From assembly GCA_043228905.1 (NCBI GenBank), contig JBHGNT010000009.1, positions 1,240,001 to 1,304,000 on the forward strand: DNA of 64,000 nt, written 5' to 3'. The notes beneath the pieces are model-generated. The model searched no databases, had not been told where the DNA came from, and saw only the letters and a program-made list of their open reading frames with translations. The translations under genes were made by a program, and so were the position numbers. Source of the stretch: Azolla caroliniana (lineage: Eukaryota > Plantae > Polypodiophyta). The first letter of the stretch is position 1. Each line of letters starts with the position of its first letter. Shown here piece by piece: positions 11,584 through 24,583 of this stretch.

Positions 11584-13924
11584 GCGTCTTGGTCCTACAA
11601 GATGCACCAGTACCTGCTCGGGCACGGCTACTGGAGTTATGTCGAAGGAGCTAATGACGCGGCACCCGAATCGACACACAGAGACTTCCCGTTGTGGGAG
11701 CAATCGGCGAGCAGGGTATTGTATTGCTTCGCATCGTGTGTGGGCGAACAGCTATGGAGCTATGTTCGGGATGCAAAGATGCCGAAGGGTGCGGGGGAAA
11801 ATCTGAAGAAGATTTTCGCCGCGAGCACCATAGCTAGGAAGCTTTAGCTCCGACAGGAGTTGAGCAACCTACGACAACGCGACTTGTCGGTGGCGGACTA
11901 TACCTCGAACATCAAGGATATCTGCGACTCCCTCGCCTCCATAGAGGTGAACATTGAGGAGAGCGAGATGGTCCAGATTTGTCTCGGAGGTTTGGTGTCG
12001 AAGTTCGGAGCGTTCCGAACGGCTATGTGTACCCAAGAGAATACGTCGTCCTTTTTCGACTTACAATCGATGCTCCTGGTAGGTGGGTGTACAAGGTGAA
12101 GTACAACACCGATGGCTCGGTCAACCGGTACAAGGCTCGGCTGATGGCAAAGGGCTACGCGCAGAAACACAGCATCGACTACGATGAGACGTTTGCGCCG
12201 GTCGCGAAAATGACGATCGTCCGTGTTTTGCTCGCAGTAGCTGCGGCCAAGGGGTGGCACTTACATCAGATGGATGTAAAGAATGCGTTCCTACAAGGTG
12301 ACCTTGAGGAACAGGTGTACATGGTATAGCCCCCCGGATTTCACTCTGGTACGAACCCTAAACCCTAAACCCTAAACCCGACCCGACCTCAGTTATCCGG
12401 TCGGGGTGATCAGTCAGTTCATGGCGCGACCTACCGAGGAGCACCTTCAGTGTGCGCAACGCGTACTGCGGTACGTAAGTGGCACTAAGGACCGAGGACT
12501 GCTATATCGGACCGGTGCAGCTGCGCAGTTAGTCGGCTACACCGATGCTGATTGGGCATGCAATGCCTCCGATCGCCGATCGCCGATCCACGTCTGGATA
12601 CGCGTTCTCCCTCGGGAGTGCCGCGATCGCGTGGAGCAGTAAGAAGCAGCCGACAGTTGCACTGTCGAGCACCGAAGCCGAGTACCGAGGAGCGGCTGTC
12701 GCGACATGCGAAGCCATATGGTTGACGCGGCTACTTAAGGACCTGCGAGAGGAGGTGTCCGATCCAACGACGATCTACTGCGACAACCTTAGCAGCATCC
12801 AACTCGCGAAGAACCCCGTCTTCCACGCACGGACCAAGCACATTGAGGTGCACTAACATTTCGTCCGTGAGCGTGTCCTTTCCAGTGAAGTTGAACTTCA
12901 GTACGTTCCGACGGATCGGCAGACTGCCGACATCTTCACCAAGCCTCTTGGTCTGGACAAGTTGCGGTAATTCTCAGGTGCGCTCGGTTTGCGTCACCTT
13001 GACGTGCTGAACTTGAGGGGGAGAACAGTCCCAAACGACCAAGCAAGGCAGCAGGAAAGGAGTGGACACCGCGACATCGAGTCGGTTGACAAGTTCGACA
13101 TCGGATCGGCTGAAGAAGTCGAGGGCGGACCCGCGGAAAAATCCGGAAGCGGACAGAAGGGGAGCAACCAAAGGAGAGAGTCGAAGCCAACCATGCATGG
13201 GGAAGATAACGCCATCGAGGGCGAGAAGACCGAAGACGAGTTGGAGACAGCCAACTCGGACGAGAGCGAAGACCAATCGGAGGTAGCCAAGTCGGTTCGG
13301 ATGTTTGATTCAGACACGCTAAATCAACCAAGGCCCAAGCGGAAGAAAAGGCAGCAGAAGAAGCGTCAACACTGCAACAACAGAAGAGCTGATGAGGGCC
13401 ACATGAGCAGACAAGCCGACCGGAAGGGTTGAAGCGCGCGGAGTCGAACAGGTCGAGGAGCGCGAGCGAGGCGAGAAGCCAGGAGGAACCGGTGCTGTGA
13501 AGATCCCGAAGAGCCTCAAGTTGAGCTTGAGGGGGAGTGTTGAGAGACAAGCTCAACATCAGCCGGATCGGCTGAAGAAGCCGAGGACCGGATCGGTTGG
13601 GACCGATCGGTTAGGCCGAGTGCGTAAACCGGGAGCTCGTTAGGAAAGATATTCCGTGAGGAATATATTTGGGAGTTAGTGTAGGAGCTCTTAATGAGCA
13701 TTGAAGTACTGTCAGTACTTCGGTCAGTCCTTCTAGGACTTGTATAGAAGTGTTTACTGAGCACGTCTTACGTACAGACTGAGCACTATTATTGAATATA
13801 GTATTTTTTGGGTTTCTCTCTCTGTCTCTCTTGTGTATACCGTGTAAGCTCAAGCTCTCCATTAAACCTGAGTTTCCTCTCTTTTGTTCGGTCTTCATAC
13901 TTGCTTCCGCACGTTTCTTTTACA
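11584..13924 (+). mobile_element. Internally deleted Ty1/Copia element (gag fragment, RT fragments, RNaseH, 3' LTR)
   Basis: gag ASWSYKMHQYLLGHGYW; [31 protein letters not shown]; [25 protein letters not shown]; PPT GAGGGGGAG then LTR 13538-13924 (TGTTG...TTACA). Confidence 0.9.
12354..12379. repeat. Interstitial telomeric repeat (CCCTAAA)x3.7 at an RT deletion junction
   Basis: AACCCTAAACCCTAAACCCTAAACCC lies between QPPGF-region codons and RPDLSY codons. Confidence 0.9.
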
Positions 13925-14068
13925 AGTATTATTTTGAATATAGTTCTATTTTTTTACTCTCTCTCTCTGTGTCTCTCCCGTGCGTATCGTGCAAACCTAA
14001 GCTTTCCATTAAACCTGGGTTTCCTGTTGTTTGGTTTCCTATATTGCTTCCGCACACCATTCTTTTCA
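13925..14068 (+). repeat. 3' tail of a second, related Copia LTR
   Basis: Diverged repeat of 13785-13924 (TTGAATATAG...CCATTAAACCTG...GCTTCCGCAC...TTTTCA). Confidence 0.6.
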
Positions 14069-14438
14069 CTTACACACCCTTACGATTTAAACAACGCAAC
14101 AGAGTAACAATGGACTATCATGTAGATAGACACAGAGGTCAGAGAAGATAGGATTCTATTAGAAAAATGTCCTGCACTCAAAATTACACGCTACCTCTTA
14201 CACAGGATTTCTGCCCTTTATATACACAGGGCTTTTAGTCGTTCACGCTTCCCGTGTGAACCGTTACATTCGTTTCTTAACGCTTTACTATATTATAATA
14301 CTTATGCGCTTCTGTTTGTTGGTTATGATTCCAGAGGACAACACCCGGCACGCTTGTGGGACAGTGCCATGGCACGTCGAACCCATCCCTCTATTCTTCC
14401 TCCAAAATATCCTGGATGTTTGGTTCCGCTCCTACGTA

Positions 14439-15340
14439 CTAGTCCGGGGACGACATAGTGCCCATAGGCATGTCGTTGCTCGGTTGCATGTCTTGTACTT
14501 GCTCAGTCGTCGTGGGTGTTTCCATGGCATCAACTTCTCCCTGCGTGGGTGGACCCGGCTTTGCTGGCTCATTTCGTTCTACTGTGGTTGGCTCTTCCGT
14601 TTGCGGGCTCTCGGTAGGTTGAGGCTTTGTCCTGTCCGTAACTTCCTTAGTGTTGCCGACCGTAGTTGTCATCTCCGGTGAATTGGGTTGCGGTTCCTCC
14701 TGATCGGCGGTATCGCTATCTGGTATCGCGATGGGCTCCGCTCTTTGCCGCGTGTTGCATGCGTCCATGATTCGGTGAAACATATCCTCCTGACTTTCGC
14801 CGAAATCTTCCAATAGCTACGTGAGTTCCTCGGAGTGCTGGTCCACTAGCGTGCGGTAATCCTGTGCTAGGTCCTCGTGTACTGCCGCAATGCCTTCCTC
14901 ATTGAGTTTGTAGAAACCTCGACCTTCTTTCCTATGATTCTCCCAATCCTCCTGGTAGGTATGCAACTCCACCGCTTGTGTTGCCCACGCCATCCAGCCT
15001 TTGTCTAGCGTCGCTTGTAATTGCACCATAAACCTCTCTCGATTTGTTTGAAGTAGTACGTGCACGTTGTCGGTTATTACTTGGTAGCGTTTTTGCGCTT
15101 CTTCTAGGGTTTTTTTGAGGTTTTCGATTTCTTGCTTATTAACCACAACCGCTTCCTCATAATGGTTCTTCATCCCTGCCCATATCTGAGATTCTTTCGA
15201 GTGTAATTCCTCCAGCCGGCCCATTTCATTGTTCAAGCGAACTTCCACCTGATGCTTCATCTCCTGTTCTCGTACGAGCTACTCGTTGTACCACGCTTTT
15301 TTCTTTTCCAATAACGCCTGGAGTCCTACGATGGCCTCTC
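14439..15340 (-). pseudogene. Stop-interrupted coiled-coil/low-complexity ORF of unknown, probably TE, origin
   Basis: ORFs 14817-15260 and 14439-14813 are in one frame separated by TAG, with another in-frame TAG upstream. E/Q/K-rich, then a P/T/E-rich tail. Confidence 0.45.
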
Positions 15341-15763
15341 TAATTCAAATATAGAGATATGATTTTCTTGTTCATGTTGAACTACGTCTTGTTAACAATG
15401 GTATATGTAAACATGACTATTTAATACCATAACTTATTAGGGTTGACAATTGTTTTGTGCACTTTGCATTAAATTGTGTGCGTCACTTCATGCTCTACCT
15501 ACATAAGAAACGTCTCATTATAGTTATAACCATATAATTTATGGGAGAGATAATGAACAAAAAATGTGGTAGTTGAAAGCACTTGATGATCCACTAGAAC
15601 TTAATGGTCTTTAATGGGGATTTTATACGCACATTCAAATCCATGTTGAATCTATGGATCGGCAACGTTGGGTTGGAAGGTTAAGCCTAAACCGTTTTGG
15701 GGTTCTCAAACCAAACCAAACCGATCCCTAAACCGATATGGCCTAAACCAGTTTGTGAACCGT

Positions 15764-16071
15764 TGTTGTTGGGGTGAGGAGTGAAGCCTAGAATGGCTTC
15801 ACCCCCCTCCCGAGGGGGTTACGACAGGGAGAGAGGTAGAGAGAAAGACAAATACAAAATGACACAAATGTGAGAGGTTTATATAATACATAATGTAACG
15901 GTAAATAATGAACGTTACAAAAGAGACGACCGTTACACTCTTGTCACATGCACATAATTGTGCATGTGCTCACACGTACTCATCCTCAGACACTCATTTA
16001 CTTTACACATACACATCAACAACATCATTACACATATCCTTATGCCTCCCCGTATATTCTTACGGGTAACA
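15764..16071. repeat. Probable solo LTR (about 308 bp)
   Basis: TGTTG...TAACA termini with flanks ACCGT / ACCGC. Confidence 0.6.
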
Positions 16072-16109
16072 ACCGCCTTGAAAAAAAGCTTGGAAACTGG
16101 TTTGGAAAC

Positions 16110-16283
16110 CTCCCTCTCTCTCTCACGTCTGTGTAGTCTCCCTCTCTCTCTCTATCTCTCCTCGTCTATGTAGTCTCCCTCCCTCTCCCTCTCTCTCTCA
16201 CGTCTGTATAGTCTCCCTCTCTCTCTCTATCTCTCCTCGTCTATGTAGTCTCCCTCCCTCTCCCTCCCTCTCCTCGTCTATGT

Positions 16284-16320
<37 letters not shown>

Positions 16321-16343
16321 TATGTAGTCTCCCTCTCTCTCTC
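16110..16343. repeat. CT-microsatellite-containing minisatellite
   Basis: About 6 copies of CGTCTATGTAGTCTCC separated by (CT)n tracts. Confidence 0.85.
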
Positions 16344-16463
16344 AAGTTTCTAACTGCCAAGGTTTGTTTTTTTCCCATAAAGATTTCCTTCATTAGTATT
16401 AAGAAAAAACATTGTAAGGCTACAAACTGTACAATTAGAGACTGTTATATACAAAAAGGATAA

Positions 16464-19400
16464 TCAGGGGAAGGGCCAAGGATGATGATATTTCCAGATA
16501 GGTCCTTGGGAGGAGACCGTGAATAGAGGCAACTTCCTCCATAACTGCAGTAATTTTTTCCTTTTCTTAAGAACAATCTCCGAAGGGGCCAACATATTGT
16601 CATATTGCCCACGCACTACCGCCAATAAGTTGTCCCATAATTCTAGCAATATATCTGAGAGAAGGGGAATTATAGAATCATATCGTCTTTTACACCGATA
16701 CTTCCATAAGGTCCATAATATAATCGTGGATACTATTTTCCATACATGGGCTACACGCATTTGCTTTCGAGGTTGTTGAAAAGGGGAGACAGATATTAGA
16801 TGCCTATTGGCGACTGTCTTAGCCTCTAGAGCATCATCTACCTCATGCAATAAGAGACTGGAATGGAGAACCCCCCATACTGTTGATCCCCAGGAGAATA
16901 GGCAACCTACATTAATTGTTAGGAATAAAGAAATAACTTTATTCCATACCTGTTGGGCTATTGAACAGGACCAGAGAGCATGCTTGGTAGTTTCCTACAA
17001 GTCACCACAATAACTACATTGTCTAAGAACGGATGCCATGTTTCCTTTCAAAGACTGACCTACTAGTAGTGCTGCATGTAGTAAAAGCCATCTAAAGAGA
17101 GTGTATTTTGTTGGTCCCCTAAAAGACCAAATCCATTTCCAATAAGCCTTCAAGTGATTGCTTGATACACCCCACTTATTCCAGTGCTTTTGAGCCGCAG
17201 GAGTTGGAATATTGTTAGACATGAGTAAGGTTCTACCAAATTTCACAGTATATTGAAAGAACGGAACATTTTGCATTGGATCCATCATGGGAGTAGTCCA
17301 AGACCATCCCCCTGGGTTCCACATTAGCCTATTAATTGACTGTCGTGCATATAACCAAAGCATATCCGACAAATGGGCTATTGACGGTTGTGGATCCAAG
17401 AGTCATTTCTTACCAGTTTGGGCAATCACCCTAATTGGAACAACAAGCAGGTTTTGCAGCAAATTATCAGAGGGTGTATAAGGCTGCAATTTATTATCTT
17501 GTTGAATATGGAAATAAAAAATACACCCGTTTGTAGAAATTCCTTTAACAAAGAGCATCATGCCATTTGTCAGGCAACCAAACCACATATGCTCCTGCAT
17601 TAACTGAAGTCGTGATGAGGCCTGAGGGAAGGTTGTTGAAATATCCATTGTCATTGTCTTCGCCCCATATATCGAGTGTAACTGCTTAAGGCGATCCACT
17701 TCTGGCATCTGCTGAAAATGAATCCAGGATCCTACTGATGTTGCTGGCCCATTTACTAATTTTCCCCATGCAAGAAGAGGTGTAAGGCCCAATACATTTC
17801 TAGTAGAATCCCAAACAAGAGAATTAGCCAAAAGCGGTTGATTCATCCAACCATCCCATGTGTTAGGCATGTCCTTGCGTAAAAAAATCTTGATTGCATC
17901 CCATGCTCTGACGATCCCTAGTAGAAATCTATTGGATGTTAGATTCCGTCTCGATGTCTAAATATCTGTCAAGAACATCCATTTCAAACACAGCAACGAG
18001 TTTCCTCCTGTCTTGGGAGATAATTGCATCAGCTGATTAAGCAACATACCCTTCCATGCCTCTGTCCCTGGCAACAATCCTCTGACTACAAACTTTGTCA
18101 AGACAGCTCGAGATTGTATCAAGGGATCTATTAGAGCCAACCCTCCCTGACTTTTTGGCCTAATCAAAACATCCCATGCCACCTTGGCCACTGCACGAGA
18201 TCCATTTTTTCCACCCCAAAGGAAGTTATGTATGAGGCTTTGAACTTTCATGATTGTCGACCTAGAGAACAACCAAGCAGATGCGATAAACCACATTGAG
18301 GCCAACAACACCAAATTTGCAATGGCAACCCGACCTGCAAGGGATAACTGCTGCGAGTCCCAATATACCAACTTACACTTAATTGATAATAGCAATGGTG
18401 ATAGCATCACTTCATATGGTAAATCTATACCAACAAGACAGCCTAAATAGCAAATCGTCTCCCCATGATTTAGCCAACGGAATGCAGGGCCTGGATACCA
18501 TTCTGGACGTGGTTCATCACTGGCCCAAAGGCCTACATATTTATTCCAATTGAGAGAGGCTCTAGTAGCATGTGAAAATATCTGTAAAGCATTCTGTACC
18601 CGATCAAGATTAACAACATGTCCGCGAATATACAGAGCAGTGTCATCTGCAAACTCAGCATCGAGAACTGTCTAGTTTGCAATAGGTAAAGCTATTGCTT
18701 GGATGGCCGTCATTGAGGATCTAAGAAAAGATGATAAAGCTTCCCCAAATAAAATAAAAAGAAATGGTGCTAATCGACAACCTTGTCGAATAGATCTGGA
18801 AATTGGAAATAATGTACCATTGCCTCCAGAAAATAGAACTGAGCTAGACGCATGTCTATATAATGCAGGCACACCTTTTATCCATGCACTTGGAAACCCT
18901 AATCTTAATAGAACTGCCTCTAGAAAGTCCCAATCTACTTTATCATATGCTTTCTCAAAATCTAATAATAGTATTGCAAGTGACTGTTTGTGATGTTGAG
19001 CCAATGCAATCATCTCCCAAAAAAGGAAGATATTGTCAAAGATGCTTCTATCTTGAAGGAATCCTGATTGTGTATCATGTATAATCGAGGGAAGCAACGG
19101 TCACATTCTATTAGCTATAGTTTTTGCTACTATTTTATAGATGTCGTTAAGCAAAGTTATTGGACGCCATTTTGATATTTCATTACATTGAGCATCTGAT
19201 TTCGGAATCATGTATATGATTTCTTTCTTCCATTCATCGGGCATATTTCTTGTTGAGAAAATTAAATTAACTGCTCTAGTAAGAATAGGCCCCAACAAGT
19301 CCCAATAGTGCAAATAGAATACCACTCCTATGGCATCCTTTCCAGGACACACATATTTACCCAGGGATTTAGCCGTTGTCTAGACTTCAGTGTCTGTAAA

Positions 19401-20797
19401 TGGTTGAAGCAACTGGGAAGCCATTACATGAGTGACCTTCTGTTGTACTATTTCTAGTACACGTTGTCTCTTATTAAGATCTTCCTCTGAGAAGGATTTA
19501 GCAGATAACAATTGATGGTAATATGTCGTAGCTATGTCTCGCATCTCTGAATCATCCGTTGTGTAAGAGCCATCAAGTCGTTTTAGGGTTTTGATAGATA
19601 GTGTTTTATACTTCTGTTTAAATTGACTGAAGAACTCTCTGTTAACCCTATCCTGCTTTTGTGACCACAAAGTTGTATTACGTTGGTAGAAGTACAAACC
19701 TCTTGCATGTTGCTTTTCTTTTAAATTGCTTTTTACTTGTTGTAAATCTGAGAGCAACATCGATGAGGTTGGGTATTTTTCCAATAACTTTTGTGTTGCA
19801 GCCAGTGCTCGACGTAAATTAGCAATCTGTGCACTGCATCGATCAACTGAAGAGGCAACTATGTTTATGAAGAAGCTCTTGACATCAAGAATGGCATAAG
19901 TGATATCTCTGAGTAGAAAGGCATCAGAGAAACTATACTTAGACCAGATTTGAGCTATAGAAACTCTATGAGTTTCATCAGCGCAATGAGTTCGGAATAC
20001 GGAATTGCTTAAGATAGGATCTTTTGGTGAATACAACGTTTAACTTCAATGGATAATGATCAGAAGTTACCGTCCCAAGAATAATCCCCATAGATCCAGA
20101 AGCTTCCCAAAAAACGCTACTAGCATAGAACCTATCCAATCGTGCCAAATTAGCTGCAACCATACTATCATTTGATCGGGAGCAATGAAGGGGAGTCTTG
20201 CATTCGAGAAATGGAGTGGATATTCCATAGATCCAATAAACCAAAAGAGGAACAGAAGGAATCCCAAGTTCTAGCTTCTCGGCCTATTATTGTATTGATT
20301 GAGCCTTCCCTTCTATCAGATGCTTCTTCAATCATGTTAAAGTCACCACCCACAAGCCAAGAATCCGCTAATCCGGCATATTCAGAAAGAGAAATCCAAA
20401 AGGAAGCTCTTTCTGAGGCTGAGTTAGAAGCATATAAATTTATAATACCAGTCTTTTGAGGTCCTATTTGAAGAATAAGAAATTGTGCCCTTTTATTCGA
20501 AATAGTACCTGTCGAGACTATGATGGATGTCCATTGTTCTTTAATAGCCATGCATAAACCAACTTGTCTACTATTTGGACCTATCGATGGGACCCAGAAA
20601 TGTATCCATCTCCCTGGCAGGATGGAACCATAACTCCGTATCCTATCAGCGGACAAGTGATGCTCTTATAAAAAAAGAATATCAATTGCACCAACATTTG
20701 GTGTATTTAAATTTGCTCGTATAAGTCCTTTAAATCTAGGAAAGGCCTGACCCCCCAGGCCTTGCACGTTCCAAGAAAGGATATTTAACTTCTTCAT
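16464..20797 (-). pseudogene. LINE ORF2 (APE endonuclease, RT, C-terminal Cys region), frameshifted
   Basis: MKKLNILSWNVQGL; GGDFN; RLDRFY..SDHYP; WRPITLLN; LDFEKAYDKVDW; IRQGC.LAP.LF; FADD at about 18640-18652; LWTLWKYR. Confidence 0.92.
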
Positions 20798-21189
20798 ACT
20801 ACATATGATTTGAAGATGTGCGTTTCTCAAGGAGAATACACTAACTACGAGATATTAACTACCTAGTAGTCTAGGCTGCCACTAGGCTTTCGGTTACTGC
20901 TTGATCCGGCTCCCCAGCTCACCGGCTCACTTGCTCATCGGCTCACCGATCCAACTCATCCTTCCGGATGCCAATCCGGCTCAGGCTTATTCAGCTGATC
21001 CGGATCCGGTTGAGCTTGTCGCTCAACACTCCCCCTCAAGCTCAACTTGAGGTCGGATCGTAGTGTCAACCTCCATGGCAGTCGGTCCTTCCACCCCGCT
21101 CCTTCTGGCGTCACTCCGCCTCGCTTGCGCTCCTCGTCCAGTCTGGTCCCGTTTGTCGCGACCCTTCTGATTCTGCGCACCTCGACCTC

Positions 21190-21898
21190 TGTTGGGAGAC
21201 AGGTCCCTCCGGATGGGAAGGGAGAAGAACAGTGCCGACGAACAAACTCCGGATGGTATGAACCGGATGGGGAGTACCCGACTGCGGAGAGCCGGATGGT
21301 GTAGGCCCGGTATGAACCGGATGGGGAGTACCCGACTGCAGAGAGCCGGATGGTGTAGGCCCGGTATGAACCGGATGGGGAGTACCCGACTGCGGAGAGC
21401 CGGATGGTGTAGGCCCGGTATGAACCGGATGGGGAGTACCCGACTGCGGAGAGCCGATCGAGGCTACATTTGTAAATAGCCGAAAAGTCATATTAGTATA
21501 AATATGACTTAGGGCAAACCTTTAGGCATGGTTGTTGTGTCGTTTTTTGTTGTTATTATTCTTCCTTGTTGGTGCAAGAAGAAGTGAGAGCGCGTAACTG
21601 TATAGAGAGAGAGAGAGAGAGACGAGGTCGTTGCCTCTGTTGTAACCGTCGCCTGTGGCGAAGATATGAGAGCACGAGGTCGTTGCCTCAGTGAACTCAC
21701 TGTTGTATGTTCCTATATAGTGACAGTTTGGAGCCTGTGGGCTGCCGTGGTTTTTCCCCTATTTTGGGGTTTTCCACGTAAACCTCCTGTGTACCATTTC
21801 TCCCCTTTGTGTCGCGTTTCATTACCTGTTTTTCTGTGTATGAAAAGAATCTCGGTTGTGGCTGAGCGTCGGACATAAGGAACATCGAGTTCTCAACA
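21190..21898 (+). repeat. Copia solo LTR with four 54-bp tandem repeats
   Basis: TGTTG...CAACA, perfect TSD ACCTC. Same family as 60231-60895 and related to 61641-62350. Confidence 0.92.
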
Positions 21899-24165
21899 AC
21901 CTCCTCGGTCGGCTTGTTTGCTCAACAGGCCCAAATTAGCTCCCTCACTGTTGTGACTTCGATGCTTGTCGATTTGCCGATTCCTTCGTGTTGGCATCGA
22001 CTTGGCCTTCTCGTCCTCTTGGCCTTGAATTGATCCGGTTCTTCCGAATCCGTCTGTTGAACCGAATCGGCTGTCTCAGATTCGTTCCAGCTCTTGTCTG
22101 AATCGGTCGCTCCTGATTCATCTTCTGATTCCAGACCCTTCACCACATCAAACCCTGCCGGGGTCTTGGCCTTCTTCTTCCGGTCGGCTCTATCCTTCTT
22201 GACTCTATCGCCACTGCCACTTCTTCCGACTTGTTCGGATGTGTCAACTTCCTTTGTCGACTCGGCTCCTTTCTTCTTCTTGTCTCTCCGTTTGTTGGTT
22301 CTTCCCTCACCGGCGCAATCAGCAGTTTCTTTGCCTTTGCCCGTTCCAGTGTCTTTGCTCATTCTCCCCCTCAAGTGTGGCACGTCGAGATACTGAACAC
22401 CAAGCATTTCGGTGGAGTGCTGCAACTTATCTGATCCGAGTGGTTTGGTAAAGATGTCTGCAACTTGCCGATCCGTATGAACATACCGAAGTTCGACTTC
22501 ACCGCTCAGGACACGCTGACACACGAAGTGGTAGTGCACTTCTATGTGCTTTGTGCGAGCATGGAATATGGGGTTCTTGGCGAGCTGCATGCTACTTATG
22601 TTGTTGCAGTAGATCAGGATTGGTGTCGGCACCTCAATCCGCAGGTTTAGGGTTTGTCGCCAAAGCCAAATGGCTTCATAGGTGGCATTGGTAGCACCCC
22701 GGTATTCAGCCTCAGTGCTTGAAAGAGCCACTGTTGGCTACTTTTTCTTGCTCCACGCAACAACCGCGCTACCAAGGGAAAACATATAACCGGAGGTGGA
22801 TCAGCGATCCAATGCATCCCCGGCCCAATCAGCATTGGTGTAGCCAACTAGCTCTTCGGTTATACCATGCCGGTATAATAGTCCCCGGTCCTTCGTGCCA
22901 CTTACATATCGCAAAATTTGATGCGCACACAGAAGGTGCTCCTCGGTCGGCTTCTGCATATATTGGCTGATTACGCTGATTGGATAACTGATGTCGGGTT
23001 GGGTGATTGTCAAATATATAAGGCTTCCAACGATTTGTCGGAACCACTTCTCATCGCAGGCCGGTCCGGAGTCGGGACGAAGCTTTTGGTTCCGGTCTAG
23101 GGGTGTGGAGATCGGTTTGCATTGAGTCATGCCGAACTTGTATAACATATTCAACACATAGTGTCTTTGTGAGAGCAATATGTCGTCGGGGGTTCGGATC
23201 ACCTCGATCCCAAGGAAATAGTGAAGGTCCCCCAGATCCTTCATCTCAAATGCGTCCGACAATTGGGACTTGACTCGGTTGATTTCATCGAGTCCGGGTT
23301 CGGTGATGACTAGATCATCAACATACAGCAAGATGCAAACCGGACCGTCCGGACCTTGCCGGATGAACAATGAAGAGTCAGACTTGGAGGCCGCAAACCC
23401 CATCTTACACAACTGGTGCGTGATCTTCGCATTTCAAGCTCGGGGGCTTGCTTCAGGCCATAAAGTAACTTCTTCAGCCGGAATACCGCCGACTTGTTCA
23501 TCTCCGACTGGAAACCAGGGGGTTGGGTCATAAAGACCTCTTCTTCAAGATCACCTTAAAGAAATGCATTCTTCACGTCCATCTGGTGAAGATGCCACCC
23601 CCTTGCCGCAACAACCGCCAGCACCACACGAACCGTCATCATCTTCGCTACTGGAGCGAACATCTCCTCGTAGTCGATTCCGTGGGTCTGCGCATATCCC
23701 TTTGCCACTAACCGGGCCTTGTACCGGTTAACCGAACCGTCGGCATTGTACTTTACCTTGTACACCCACTTACATCCCGATCAGTTTACAGTGTCGAGGA
23801 GGGTCAACTAGGTCCCATGTGTCATTGGCATCAAGTGCCCGCATTTCTTCCTTCATAGCGTCATGCCAATTTGTGTCCTTTACCACTTTCATGTAGGTCT
23901 CCGGCTCACACACTTCCGCCACCTTGGTCATGTACGCATAGTGATGCGCCATGTACTCATTGTACTCGTACTGCGTCACGGGGTTCTTCAGGCAGGAAGA
24001 CTGGCGTAACTTGGTATTACCTAGTTTGGGGTCCTTCTTGGCCAGGTTGAACTTCATTCCTGAAGATCCGCCTTCATCCTTTCCGAAGTTGGATTCGCTC
24101 CGATCCGACTCAACGTTGTCGGTTTTGTATTCTGGCATCTTCTTCTTCCCCTTCTCTTTGTGCGT

Positions 24166-24325
24166 TGTCGTGAAGATTTTCCGCGATAGTGTGGAAATTG
24201 TAAGGAACATTCGAAATCGAGTGCGGCTTTTCACTATTATTGTTTTGTTTTCTCGTGAGAAGAGCCACACTCGATTTCGAATGTTCCTTACAATTTCCAC
24301 ACTATCGCCGAAAATCTTCACGACA
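24166..24325. repeat. 160-bp fold-back made of two head-to-head LTR starts (about 62-bp arms)
   Basis: TGTCGTGAAGATTTT...GAGTGCGGCT / AGCCACACTC...AAAATCTTCACGACA. 24229-24413 is the reverse complement of about 27509-27694. Confidence 0.9.
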
Positions 24326-24583
24326 TCCACCCCCACCAAACCGCACGTCCTCCGGTACGTGCCAAGAAGAGAGAAAGTGAGATTTCAGCAATAGTGATCA
24401 GTATGACTCCTCCACTAGGTACTAGTACTAGTTTACATGTGCCACTAGGTGTGACACATGTTGCTTCTCCTCTCAATCCACGCGCTCTACTTTCTTGTGG
24501 GGACTATTTGTGCCCCATGCTTCAATAGTCCGCTCTAAAAATCTGAGGATTCGCCTCCAAGACTATCTCGATTCCTTTCATGA

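Noticed and set aside
14811-14819. Programmed readthrough at TAG CTA
   Set aside because: A second in-frame TAG upstream points to C-to-T decay rather than recoding.
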